DNA from: Amoebidium appalachense | Lineage: Eukaryota; Protista; Ichthyosporea | Reading direction: 5' to 3' | NCBI GenBank assembly: GCA_963693365.1 | Contig: CAVNZM010000013.1 | Location: forward strand, 7,611,482 to 7,675,481 | DNA length: 64,000 bases | Shown here: one piece after another, positions 52,472-64,000 of the stretch | Position numbering within the stretch: the stretch's first letter is position 1 | Layout of the letters: the number at the start of each line of letters is the position of its first letter | Made by a program: the position numbers and the translations under genes | The notes under the pieces: generated by a model | Database searches by the model: none | What the model was told of the DNA's origin: nothing | Seen by the model: the letters and a program-made list of their open reading frames with translations, nothing else

Positions 52472-53440
52472 CCGCACCCCACCTTCTTCTTACATCTCTC
52501 TCCTCTCTCCCTCTCTCCCTCCCTCTCCCCTACCTCCCCACCTCCACCCCCCCCCCCTCCCCCCACCCACCCCCCCTATCTCTCTCTTTGTCCGTCTCTC
52601 TCTCACCCTATCCCCTCCCCCTCCCCCCCCCCCCCAACTTCCGCCCCCTCCCCTCCCCCTTCTCGGGCAACCCCTCCCCCCCCCCCCCCCGCCCCCTCTT
52701 CCCCATAGATCAAAAACATGCGCTCACCTCCCCCCTCCCCCCTCCAACTCCCTTCAAACTCACTCCCCTTGCCTATTCAAACACGTGTTGGCACAATGTG
52801 AAGCTCCTCTCCCACTTGTTCATATTTTGCTTCGCTTTATTCGATCCAGAAGGGCTTCAAACATAGACATAAACAAACAACATACAAACTGGACATCGTT
52901 CCGCAGGTTCCCATAACTTTACACTGCTTCCTCTTTTTGAGTATCATCCTGTTGCCTTAAAATATGGCAAGTGGCGGTGCGCACCCGCACCCTGTGACGT
53001 CACAGCATGTTCTACTTGCCAAATAAAGCTAATCAGATCGAGCCTGTCGCCATTTGATTGGCGTTTCAGACAAGGTTGAAAACACTCACGAACAGCTCTC
53101 ACGAACGTTTCATCTCTTGTCTGCAGACAAAAGCAAAAAAACGTGAACCAACTCATTTCAGTGCCAGAAGCGGTTGAGTGGCCTATAACGATACTTGTAT
53201 GTTTTAGGTAACAGGGTGATAATCCGAGTGCTTTGCACCAAGTATCCTGATCATGACATACTGAACGCAAAAGCAACCGTGCTTATCTTCCCCCAAGACA
53301 CCCACTCTCTCTCAGGCTGCCCCACTCACACCTACAAACTAACGTCCACCACCGAGTCCACACACACACACGCGCACTCTTTCACCAGCTTCCAACACCC
53401 TCCCACACGAACAAAGATCCCCCCCCTCCATATATCAAAT

Positions 53441-53938
53441 ATGGACTCCCTCCCCGTCTCCTCCCAAGGGGCACTCCCAGGCTCACCCAAGCCTACTCTC
53501 CGTCGCGAGAACGAAGCATCCACAGCTCATTCCGCACCGAAAATCCTGGGTGGGGGTTGTTATTGCGGAAATATACGCTATCAGATTACAGGCCCCAAGA
53601 AAAACGAAACCTACTGCCACTGCAGCATATGCAGGAGGGTGATTTCAGCTCCGAGCGTACCGTGGTTCACTGTCAGTCGAAAGGATTTCCGGATAATTTC
53701 CGGTGGGGAGATAACGTATTTTCGCTCTAGTGACAAGGCGAAGCGAGGGTTCTGCAACAAATGCGGAAGTGGACTGACGTTTGAATCTACCGACCACCCG
53801 AACGAGATAGATTTAACCATCTGTTCGCTGGACGACCCCACAAAGGCCACCCCCAAGGACCATATTTATGTTGCAGATGCCCTTCCGTGGGGAACACCGG
53901 ATGATAATTTGCCTAGGCACGCACAAGGGAGAAAGTAA
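53441..53938 (+). CDS. GFA (glutathione-dependent formaldehyde-activating enzyme)/CENP-V family zinc protein; intronless, 165 aa
   Basis: GGCYCGNIRY, YCHCSICRR, YFRSSDKAKRGFCNKCGS and SLDDP..PKDHIYVADALPW motifs; in-frame ATG at 53441. Confidence 0.92.
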   Translation: MDSLPVSSQGALPGSPKPTLRRENEASTAHSAPKILGGGCYCGNIRYQITGPKKNETYCHCSICRRVISAPSVPWFTVSRKDFRIISGGEITYFRSSDKAKRGFCNKCGSGLTFESTDHPNEIDLTICSLDDPTKATPKDHIYVADALPWGTPDDNLPRHAQGRK

Positions 53939-54588
53939 ACCAGAAAGCTGAAGCCGAAGGGGAATAGTATGATGTCACTGCGGCAGAGGGCACGCTGACT
54001 GGTGGAGGCAACGTGGAAAATGGAAAAAGCGGTTGTGTGTTCAGGAAACAAAGGAGCGTCTACCTGGGTGGGGTTGAGTTCGAGGGTACTATTAGCAGCA
54101 GTGAGGTTGATATGTCCTGTGTGTTTTAGTCGATGAACTTCAATACAAACTATAATTATAATGCACTCGATGATTGCCTGTTTGTTTGTTTGCAGGCTCG
54201 TTAAATATTCTTTTGTAGGAAGAGCGGGGGGGGGGGGGGGGGGGGGGGGGGGGAGGGGGAAGGCTCGGGGGGAAAGGGATGATCGACGTGAGCTGGAGAA
54301 GAGGGATTAGGGGCCTTCCGGGGGGGGGTATGGGGGAAGGTGGGGAGGGTCTTTGTCCGTGTACCGGTCAACTGTTTTTAGACTTGATTCTTCTTTGCTT
54401 TACCTCTTCCCCATCCTCCCTTTACTATCCCCCCCCCTCCCCCCTCCCCCCTCCCCCCCCCCCCCCCCCCCCCCGCATACTGTGCGCATGGCTGATGCTG
54501 CATACTTGAATGTTTGCCTTTGCATGTGTCCTGCATCATGCTTCTCATCGTCTATGCGTACTTCGTACTGTGTTCCGCATTCAAACCC

Positions 54589-54619
<31 letters not shown>

Positions 54620-55757
54620 ACAAAACACACACACACTACGTACACAGACACAGCCACATGCCATTACATATGCCCTTCTTAAAACGTTCAAACGTCCCAT
54701 TCCCCCCCCCCCCCCCCCCCCCCCTTCCCCCCACCAAACCCCGCCCTTTCCCTCCCCTGGATTACACTTTCTTGAAGGAAATGGATGTGCAAAACAAGTT
54801 GGGAAGCGTTCAGTGAGAAGGCGATTTCTTTTCTGGTCAGTTTTAGGAGGCGTTTCTTGTAGGCAGAGGATTGGGGGTTCGGGTGGAGTACTTTCTATTT
54901 GGATGCATGTTTGTTGTTGGTTGGGTCCGGGATCCGTCTGTAGTGCAGCGCGTTAGAGTCGAAGGATAGGGTGACCACCAGGGGCCCGCCCAGTTGATAT
55001 TTAGCTGAAGAATATCTACAGCAAGTTGTATCTACGTATATACACGAAACCCCATTTACAATCGAAGGAGTGATCTGATTTGGCGAGGTGACTGGGAGGA
55101 AAATAAAAGCTGAAGTTGACTCGGAGTCCAATTATATATAAAATTTGTGTGCCAAGATTCGCGTGGCCCAACATCGTGTTGCTTCAGGCCAATAACTCCC
55201 TTGCACGCGTGGATGACGAATCGGTCCCGCCGGATTTCCCCCCCCCCCCCCCCCCACCTCCCCACCGAATCATGGTTAAAAGATTTTTAACCACAGCACC
55301 GTTTGTCCTCCGTATATATGACTGGGTTTTTGGTTTTTGAGCTTCAAGGGAACCGGTAGATGCTGCTTGGGCGCGTACGTGCATGTGCCCGTGCATAGTA
55401 TTACGTGTGTGTGCATGTGCACTTGCATGTGGTCTGGCCATGCGCATACACACGCGCATGACATGTGACACTGTGCACGAATTCGTACGTGACACGCGTG
55501 TTGTACGTATACCTGGATGTGCACATGCATGCTGCACATGTGCGTGGCTGCATATATGCACAATGTGTGTGTGGCCGTGAGTGCATGAATGCAGGCACAA
55601 CCATGAGGACCATGGCCAGGTGAGCTGAACTCTACCCTCTACAAATCGAGACCTAGAGTCTGTCTGGCAGAACCACGTGAACGTGTGCATTTAGATATCT
55701 TTGGCTTATGGCAAAACGTGTTATGCTCGAAGCAAATGCTCTTGCCGTGCTTTGATT

Positions 55758-56153
55758 TGCAAGAGTGGCCACTCTTGCTCCACTTGCTCGTTCACTGAAC
55801 CTCAATCGAAACTCGCCGGTTCCTCCCTCCCCTCCCCCCCCCATCCCCTCCCCTCCCCCCCCAAACACCCACCCACCCACCCGCCCTACCCCACCACCAC
55901 CAAACACTGTGACACACATAGACACAGCAAAACACCTTCTTGTACACACTGTTGCCGCAACCACAACCACAGACGTGTGAAAGAAGGTGTTATGCTGTGT
56001 CTGTGTGGTGGTGGGGTGGGGTGGGGTGGGTGGGTGGGTGGGTGGTGGTGGTGGTGGTGGGGGGAGGGGGGGAGGGGGGGGAGAGAGGGGCCAGACGAGT
56101 TTTGTTTGAGGTTCACTAAACGAGTGAGTGGAGCAAGAGTGGTCACTCTTGCA
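55758..56153. mobile_element. Foldback/MITE-like element with ~63-bp inverted repeats whose tips are palindromic
   Basis: 55758-55820 matches the reverse complement of 56091-56153; both tips are GCAAGAGTG(G/A)CCACTCTTGC palindromes. No clear TSD. Confidence 0.6.
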
Positions 56154-56367
56154 CATGGATGTTGGGGGGGGGGGGTGTGTGTGTGTACCTTCGTGTGTCA
56201 GGTGTGTGTGTGTGTACGCATAATATGACTGTGAGAGTGTGGTACACCAAACAGTGCAGTGCAGATACATGCAAAAAACGGCAAGAACACTTAGTATAAC
56301 ACCAAGGCCCCAGCCCTCTTGGGTGGGGTTTCCGCTGACAGAGTACGAAGTACACATTCACGTCGGA

Positions 56368-56530
56368 CAAGACCGAAGCAAGACCATGCAGAAGCAAGAC
56401 CATGCAGAAGCAAGACCACGCAGAAGCAAGACCATGCAGAAGCAAGACCATGCAGAAGCAAGACCACGCAGCATGCAGAAGCAAGACCACGCAGAAGCAA
56501 GACCATGCAGAAGCAAGACCATGCAGAAGT
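56368..56530. repeat. 15-bp minisatellite GCAGAAGCAAGACCA(T/C)
   Basis: About 10 tandem copies. Confidence 0.9.
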
Positions 56531-56719
56531 TGCACGGGAGGAGAGGGGGGAAGGGGAGGGGGGATATTCGAGGGCGGGAAAGCAACGATAGCAACATCAC
56601 GAACATGAAATGTAAACCAAGTGCAAGTATAACCGAGAATTAACAAAAACACATTCATCAGCGAGCAAGCATGTAGAGGGAAAGGGCGAGTGGAGGAGGG
56701 TTGGGGGTCCTTTGGGGGG

Positions 56720-57750
56720 GGGGTTTGAATGCGGAACACGGTACGAAGTACGCATACACGATGAGAAGCATGCTGCAGGACACATGCAAAGGCAAACATT
56801 CAAGTATGCAACATCAGCCATGCGCACAGTATGCGTCATAAGTAGAGCCCATTCACAGGGAGGGCCCAAGTCATCAATTGCGTCTGAGTTTCGACCCCTT
56901 AGCCCGCGTATATATGACTCTCCAACTCAGACAGCAGCATCAACTGAACTTGGGAGGGTCAACCCGTCTTGATCAAAGACGAGCAGGGTTGCTTATGCAA
57001 GCAAGGTGAGCAAAACGGTGAAGATGTGTGTGCAAACTAAAGCAGTGCAGCAAAAAATGGGGGGGGGGGGGGGGAAGGGGGGTTTGAATGCGTCATTAAG
57101 TACGAAGTACACAAGAACAATGGATAACACGATGCAGAATGCAAACCATACATAAAGAGTATGCATAATAAGCAGAGCCCAACCTCAGGGGGCGCCCACG
57201 TCATCCACAGTACCCGAAGGGGGGGGGTTTGAATGCGGAACACAGTACGAAGTACGCATACACGATGAGAGGCATGCTGCAGGACACATGCAAAGGCAAA
57301 CATTCAAGTATGCAACATCAGCCGTGCGCACAGTATGCGTCATAAGCAGAGCCCATCCTCAGGGAGGGCCCGAGTCATCAATTGCGTCTGAGTTTCGACC
57401 CCTTAGCCCGCGTATATACGACGCTCCAACTCAGACAGCAGCATCAACTGAACTTGGGTGGGTCAACCCGTCTTGATCAAAGACGAGCAGGGTTGCTTAT
57501 GCAAGCAAGGTGAGCAAAACGGTGAAGATGTGTGTGCAAACTAATGCAGTGCAGCGAAAAACGCGTATGTGCTTACAGATGCACGACACAGAGCAACCAT
57601 GCCCGGTTGCATGGAAGTAAAGATGTCTCCACACAGTGGTCTGTCCTGAAAGGACACCTCTGAAAGAAGACAGGGAGGGTTTGAATGCGGAACACAGTAC
57701 GACGTACGCATACACGATGAGAGGCATGGTGCAGGACACATGCAATGGGG
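56720..57750. repeat. Cluster of a dispersed repeat family; other copies near 1861-2095, 3935-4705, 26880-27090, 28211-28322, 54475-54590, 58505-58570 and 59288-59590
   Basis: Shared blocks GGGTTTGAATGCG..GTACGAAGTAC..TATGC..AGCAGAGCCCATCCTCAGG..GTTTCGAC..CCAACTCAGA..TGGGTGGGTCA, found in both orientations. Confidence 0.85.
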
Positions 57751-58080
57751 GGGGGGGGGGGGGGGGATGGATGAAAGTGCCTCGGGAAGAGAGAAAGGAA
57801 GAGGCAGGAATATATGGCAACCCAAAAAACTCGAAACAGATTTGAATGTGATGGTGTGGAGGGTGTGTAGTGTACCGTCTCTTTGTGTGTGCCCAATATT
57901 AGTTGGTGTACGTGTGCATGTGACACTGTGTAGCTATGTGTACATGTGTGTCAGAATTTGTAAGTAAATGTGTGGGTGCATCCATTTTTGGTGGACATGA
58001 GATTGAGCATGCCGTGAGCAAGTGTGTGTGTGTAAATGTGGAGTGTGTGTGTGTACACGCTTGTATGTGGCAGGCAGGAG

Positions 58081-58111
<31 letters not shown>

Positions 58112-58435
58112 GGGGGGGTATGTGTGTGTGTGGGTATGTGTGTGTGTGTGCGTGCGCGCGCGCACGTGTGTTTGTGTGCATGTGTGTGTGGATGGAGGGG
58201 GGAAGGGGGAGGGGGGGGGGGGGGGGGGGGGGGGGGGCAAATCACACAGCGCACACGTCGTTCAGCAAGGGCGGGGGCAATTGCCATAGGGGCACACCAT
58301 GCAACAGAGATGAGTCTAGGGAAAGGGCGGCTGGGGAGGGGGAGGGGGGGGGGGGAGGAAGGGGAGAGCGAGAGAGGGAGAGAGAGGGAGGGGGGGGGGA
58401 AAGAGCGAATGGCGAGGGTAAGGGTAGAGGGATTC

Positions 58436-58466
<31 letters not shown>

Positions 58467-58757
58467 GGGGAGAGGGGGGGGGGGGGGGGAAGAATGTGTC
58501 ACTGAAGTCGAAGTACACACTCACGACGAAAACAACACTGAATTTGCAGAACTTAAGCAAAGAATATGCATGGGGGAGGGGGCTACACAGTACCATAAAC
58601 GCGTTCAGAAAACTCTAACAGCAGGACGGGGCCGGGGGAGGGCAGGGGGAGGGGGGCGGGCAGGGCAGGGAGCAGGGAGCATGGAGCAGGGAAGGTAGAG
58701 AAATAAGTGGTAGAGAAGGAGAGCTCCCCATAGAGAAGTTGGTGGTGGTGGTGGTGT

Positions 58758-58845
<88 letters not shown>

Positions 58846-58906
58846 GGCGCGTCTCTGTGTGTGTATTTGTGTATGTGTGTGTGTTTGTGTGTGTGCGTGT
58901 GTGTAT

Positions 58907-58937
<31 letters not shown>

Positions 58938-60413
58938 GGAGGGGGGAAAGAGGCGTGTCTGTGTGTGTGTGTGTGTGTAGGGGGGGAGGGGGGAGGAAGG
59001 GAGGGGAAGGGACCCGTCTGTGTGTGTGTGGGAGGGAGGAAAGCGGGATGGGAGTGTCTAAGTGTGTGTGGGTGTGTGTGTGTGGGGGGGGGGGGGAGGG
59101 GCGGAGAAAATGTGTGTGTGTCTGTGTGTGTGTTGGGGAGAGGGGGGGGGGGGGGGGGAGAGCAGGGAGAGAGAGGCAGAGATAGAGAGCTCGAGAGACC
59201 GTGAGTGAGTCAGAGAGATGTAGGGAGGAAGTTGTTGTAGGGCGCTTAAAAGGAAGGCGGGAAGAGGGGGGGGGGGGGGGGGGGGAGGGGTTTGAATGCG
59301 GAACACGGTACGAAGTACGCATACACGATGAGAAGCATGGTGCAGGACACATGCAAAGGCAAACATTTAAGTATGCAACATCAGCCATGCGCACAGTATG
59401 CGTCATAAGCAGAGCCCATCCTCAGGGAGGGCCCTAGTCATCAATTGCGTCTGAGTTTCGACCCCTTAGCCCACGTATATACGACTCTCTAACTCAGACA
59501 GCAGCATCAAGTGAACTTGGGAGGGTCAACCAGTCTTGATCAAAGATGAGCAGGGTTGCTTATGCAAGCAAGGTGAGCAAAACGGTGGAGATGAGGAGAA
59601 GGAAGCAGGCAGTGTGTGCCTGAAAAGCAAAGAAAGTGCCCGAGGACGGAGAGGCCAGGCCCCAAAGAGTGGAAAAAACGACAAGGAGGAGGGGTCGGGG
59701 GTCGGGGGTCCCGAGGGGGGGGGGGGGGGGGGGGGGGAGGGGGCAAGGTGCGCATATGAGTTGCGTGTGTTCGCGGTTGCGCGGGGAAGGGGGGGGGGGG
59801 GGTTTAGGGACGAAACTTACACAGGAGTCACCAAGGGGAAAGAGGAGGTCACGAGTCCAAAGGATGAGTGGGGAGGAGGGGGAGGGTAGAATGTGTTACC
59901 GGGTACGGAATGCATACAGAATACACGAGACTGAAACCAAAGCAGCATTCCCGCTCCTAGGCATTCCGGGAGGCGGGGAGGAAGCGGGGGGAGGGGGGGT
60001 TACCGTTTCAGTTGAATTCCCGCAACGCTCTTGAAAATATTACACACAGATGATGACAACGGTTCTTGCAGTTGCTTTTTACTAAAACGGCGTCTCAGCC
60101 AACAACGGCACCACCAGAGAATATACAGCACCACTAAAAGAGCTAATCGGAACATGGGCTTGCCGGACAAGGTCTCAAAACATTTTCTCCCAGTGGCTTA
60201 AGTTTTGGTGTTGGGTACGACAAGACTTAGTCTGCTGCAACATTAAGGTTAATGTGTTGTGTGTGCACACGATGCAGTTATTCCACATTCAAAGGGAAAT
60301 ATATTCACAGGTTCAAAGGAGAACATTGCAGTCAGATACCCAGGTTCGTAAAAAAACTTGCTGTAACGGGAATAACACAAAAACGCACTGTGTCCGTTCC
60401 GTTGTGCACAAGA

Positions 60414-60485
<72 letters not shown>

Positions 60486-60816
60486 GTGTGTGTGCCCGCA
60501 TGTGTAGGTGTCCCTCCCAGCAAACACCCCCTCTCAACCCCTACCAACCTTCCAGCCACGGATGAAAGCTATCCAGTTTCGTCTCGAGCGACTCCCCCGC
60601 TAACACACGTCTTCCCGCACGCTATCCTCTCATACACAAGCTTCGGACGACGAGGAAAAAAAAAAACCCGTAACAATCACACCCGCTCTCTCCCTCCGGC
60701 GGAGTCGCATTTTTTTCGACAAAAGAGGCACGAAAGGCAGATCTCGACTCGCTCTACTAACTCCAGTTGTAGTTCTTCCATGTTTGCACGTACCATGTGT
60801 CGTTTCAAAACGACTA

Positions 60817-61146
60817 CTATAGCTCGTCGTGAATGTGGTCACCAAATCTCTCCGGCCAGGACTCGTCTTCGTGGCAATCCAAATAATGCAGACACTTTCT
60901 CATGTAGAAGCTGCTCACGGCGTTGAAATACATGCAAAGATCACATCTGTGTTCTGCATCCACAGTGATGGTTTTGTCACAGTGTGTAAGGCAATCCTCA
61001 TAATCTGGGAGGCCGTGAAAGGCTTTACAGGGCTCACAGGGATACTTCACCCCTTCCTCCGCCCTCTCCTCTAGAAGGGTTACCGAGGAAACGCTTGTTG
61101 ACAGTGCCAAGAAGGACACCATAAGTAGGGAAAATCTTAACTTCAT
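60817..61146 (-). CDS. Small Cys-rich protein with signal peptide and C-terminal HDEL ER-retention signal (109 aa)
   Basis: MKLRFSLLMVSFLALSTSVSS signal peptide, 8 Cys in two CxxC-(x11-13)-C..C units, ends HDEL-stop; non-repetitive single-exon ORF. Confidence 0.75.
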   Translation of the reverse strand: MKLRFSLLMVSFLALSTSVSSVTLLEERAEEGVKYPCEPCKAFHGLPDYEDCLTHCDKTITVDAEHRCDLCMYFNAVSSFYMRKCLHYLDCHEDESWPERFGDHIHDEL

Positions 61147-62249
61147 TCTTAGGTTAGGTTAGGGTATTTCGGAGCGTGTATGCGAGTTTCTTCTCAAGAT
61201 TGCTGTTGCAACGGGAAGGTCATCTCAAGCACCAAAGTGTTTCCTTTCCGTCTGTATGCTTACTTGCGCAAACCATAAAAAAAAACGCTCTCACAAATAA
61301 ACTGGGTGTCACAACAACAGTGGTTCAGTCAAGCACTACTAAAAGCCGCTCATCAACATGTTGATGTAAATTTAGCCCATGGCGACCGTGACACCGTGCT
61401 GAGCCTGGGAGCCGCCAAGAATTTTATTAAAGCTATGTAGCCAATCAAAAATACATATATTAGCCTATTTAGGCAGAGGAATGTACAATACTAAGTTTAG
61501 TGTCGCCATGTGTCCGATTGGTGGGTTCAACTGTAGAGCACACGTGGCCCGGCCACGCGCATGCTCACCGCCGGATTATCTGTTTTTCTACTACATTTAT
61601 TGTGTCTCCATTTGAGGAGCTTTTCTTTCAGTACCGTATTGATAGATATGCCTGCTTTCTGACTTCTATAAAACGGCCACGTACACCCTGTTTTACACAC
61701 AGCATTCCGGTGAACGAATAGAAAGCTGTTTAGAAATCTGGCTCTGATTGGATTAGGATCACACACTGGCCAGCCGATGATGGGGCCTGTAGTTGTAGGT
61801 GGCAGCTGCATGCATGGGGGGAGTGTGCACGTGCACATATAGAGGCGGGGGTGCGGGCGAGGCTTGGAAAGATGTATACAAGTGTCCATATGACGGTATG
61901 TATACAGGACGGCCGACGTCCCCATGGTTACGCCCAAGGTGGGCCATTCAAATGACTGCATGAGCGGCTGCAGCGGCTGTACATGTAGCTCGGCTGCACT
62001 GCTGCCAGGCATGCACAGTGCCACAGCCTGCTGCCATGCCTCCTAGGGGTCATGATCAAGGCCCCTCCTGAGGGGGCGGAGGGGGGGAGGGCCGGCCTGT
62101 AGGCTGTCTGGCCCCAGGCGGCTCGGGGAGCCAGGGGGGGAGCTGCGGATCCCGTGCGAGTGGCCAGAGCCCAGGGGGGAGGCGCCGGCGGAAGAGGGGA
62201 GGGGGGATAACGATAGAGAAGAGGTTAACGCTGGAGGGAAGAACCCAGA

Positions 62250-62900
<651 letters not shown>

Positions 62901-63499
62901 CGGGGGGAAGGGAGAGAGGGGGGGATGGGGGGAGGGCGGAAGGGGGGCCCGGGGAGGGGAAAGGACGGAGAGAGCTGATTCAGAAGGTGCTCAGAAGGGA
63001 ACTCCTGTCGATGAGAGTGTGAGAGAGTGCGAGTAAGTGAGTGAGTCACGGTAAGAAATCTGTAGGACCTGTTAGTCCTTCGTACGCGTCATGGGGCCGG
63101 GTCGAGGGAGGTGGTCCATTAGTTAGTTATCGGGAAGGGGGATTGGCCATGGAGGGAGGGGGGTAGGGGGGAGGGGAGGGGGGAGGGGAATTGGTCCGTT
63201 TCACAGTCAGCCGGAGAGTTGCATGCGCATTCCATTAGGAGATGAGCCGTTAGGGGGGGATGGGTGGGTGAAGGGGGGGGGGGGGGGGGGAGGGTTGCAC
63301 GTGGTTGGGGAGGAAGGGGGTGATTGACCGTCGACAGTGTATTTATTCTTGGGGTCTCATCCTTGTCACGGCGATCTTCTTTTCTGATCCGACTCGGTTC
63401 GGTTATATCCAATGATGTGACATGAAACCCACTGAGCGTCTGGTTTGGCCCGGAAGCTGAAGAGGCTGGGCATGACTTAGCTAGCTAGGACGGTGGCGA

Positions 63500-63635
63500 A
63501 TTCTGCAAAAGCAGAGTCATTCTGCAAAAAGCGGAATCATTCTGCAAAAAGCAGAATCGCTCTGCTTCTAAATTTAGCAGAATGATCCTGTTTTAGCAGA
63601 TTGATTCTGCTGTTCTTTTGCAGAATAATTCTTCT
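63500..63635. repeat. 20-bp tandem and inverted repeat cluster (TTCTGCAAAAAGCAGAATCA)
   Basis: Three direct copies followed by inverted variants; may be a transposon subterminus. Confidence 0.6.
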
Positions 63636-64000
63636 CGGAGATAGATATTCGGACAATCTCCCTTCATAATCCTCAGTCCATGTTGCATGCTTCATTTTGG
63701 CATATTCGCAATGCATATGCATGTGGACACGTCCCGGTTCCCACCACTCGTAGGGGGTTGGATGTGTGGGGCAGGTACCGTACTAGGTGAGGGTTGGGTG
63801 GTTTAGGATGGATGGATCCGGGTTGGGGGTCGTGTGTGTGTGTGTGTGTGTGTGCGTGCGTATGTGTGTGTGTCTGTGTGCCACGCCGGCGGGGGGAAGG
63901 GGGGAGGGGGGAGGGGGGATGAATATGTTCAAAACGCATATTGAGAGATTGGGAAATCGTTTTTGTGACTTTGTGTTTGCTCCGATGGGGTTGGGTGGGT

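Noticed and set aside
61940-62080. Possible decayed PHD finger (RLWHCACL...YMYSRC) on the minus strand
   Set aside because: Most of the required cysteines are missing; too weak to call.

Overview
Eukaryotic genomic DNA saturated with (CA/GT)n, (GA/CT)n and poly-G/C tracts; most long ORFs in the track are microsatellite artefacts. An animal-type SAP30 zinc finger suggests a holozoan, possibly unicellular, but this is inference only. Host genes: a two-exon SAP30, an intronless OFA-family MFS transporter, a ~12-13-exon F-box gene with a Trp-rich helical repeat tail, an intronless GFA/CENP-V-family gene, a small signal-peptide/Cys-rich/HDEL protein, and an unknown coiled-coil ORF. The centre (31137-51803) is a three-level transposon nest with readable boundaries. 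The outer layer is an Ngaro/PAT-type DIRS tyrosine-recombinase retrotransposon with split direct repeats A1..B1-A2-B2. Its YR gene is split by a non-autonomous Ty3/gypsy-like LTR element (5-bp TSD ACGTC). The 5' LTR of that element is split in turn by an 11.4-kb TIR element (2-bp TSD, CACTA/EnSpm-like) with no recognisable transposase. The window also holds several MITEs, including a 35-bp one with an 8-bp TSD, and a dispersed ~110-330-bp repeat family with conserved motif blocks whose mobilisation mechanism is unclear.
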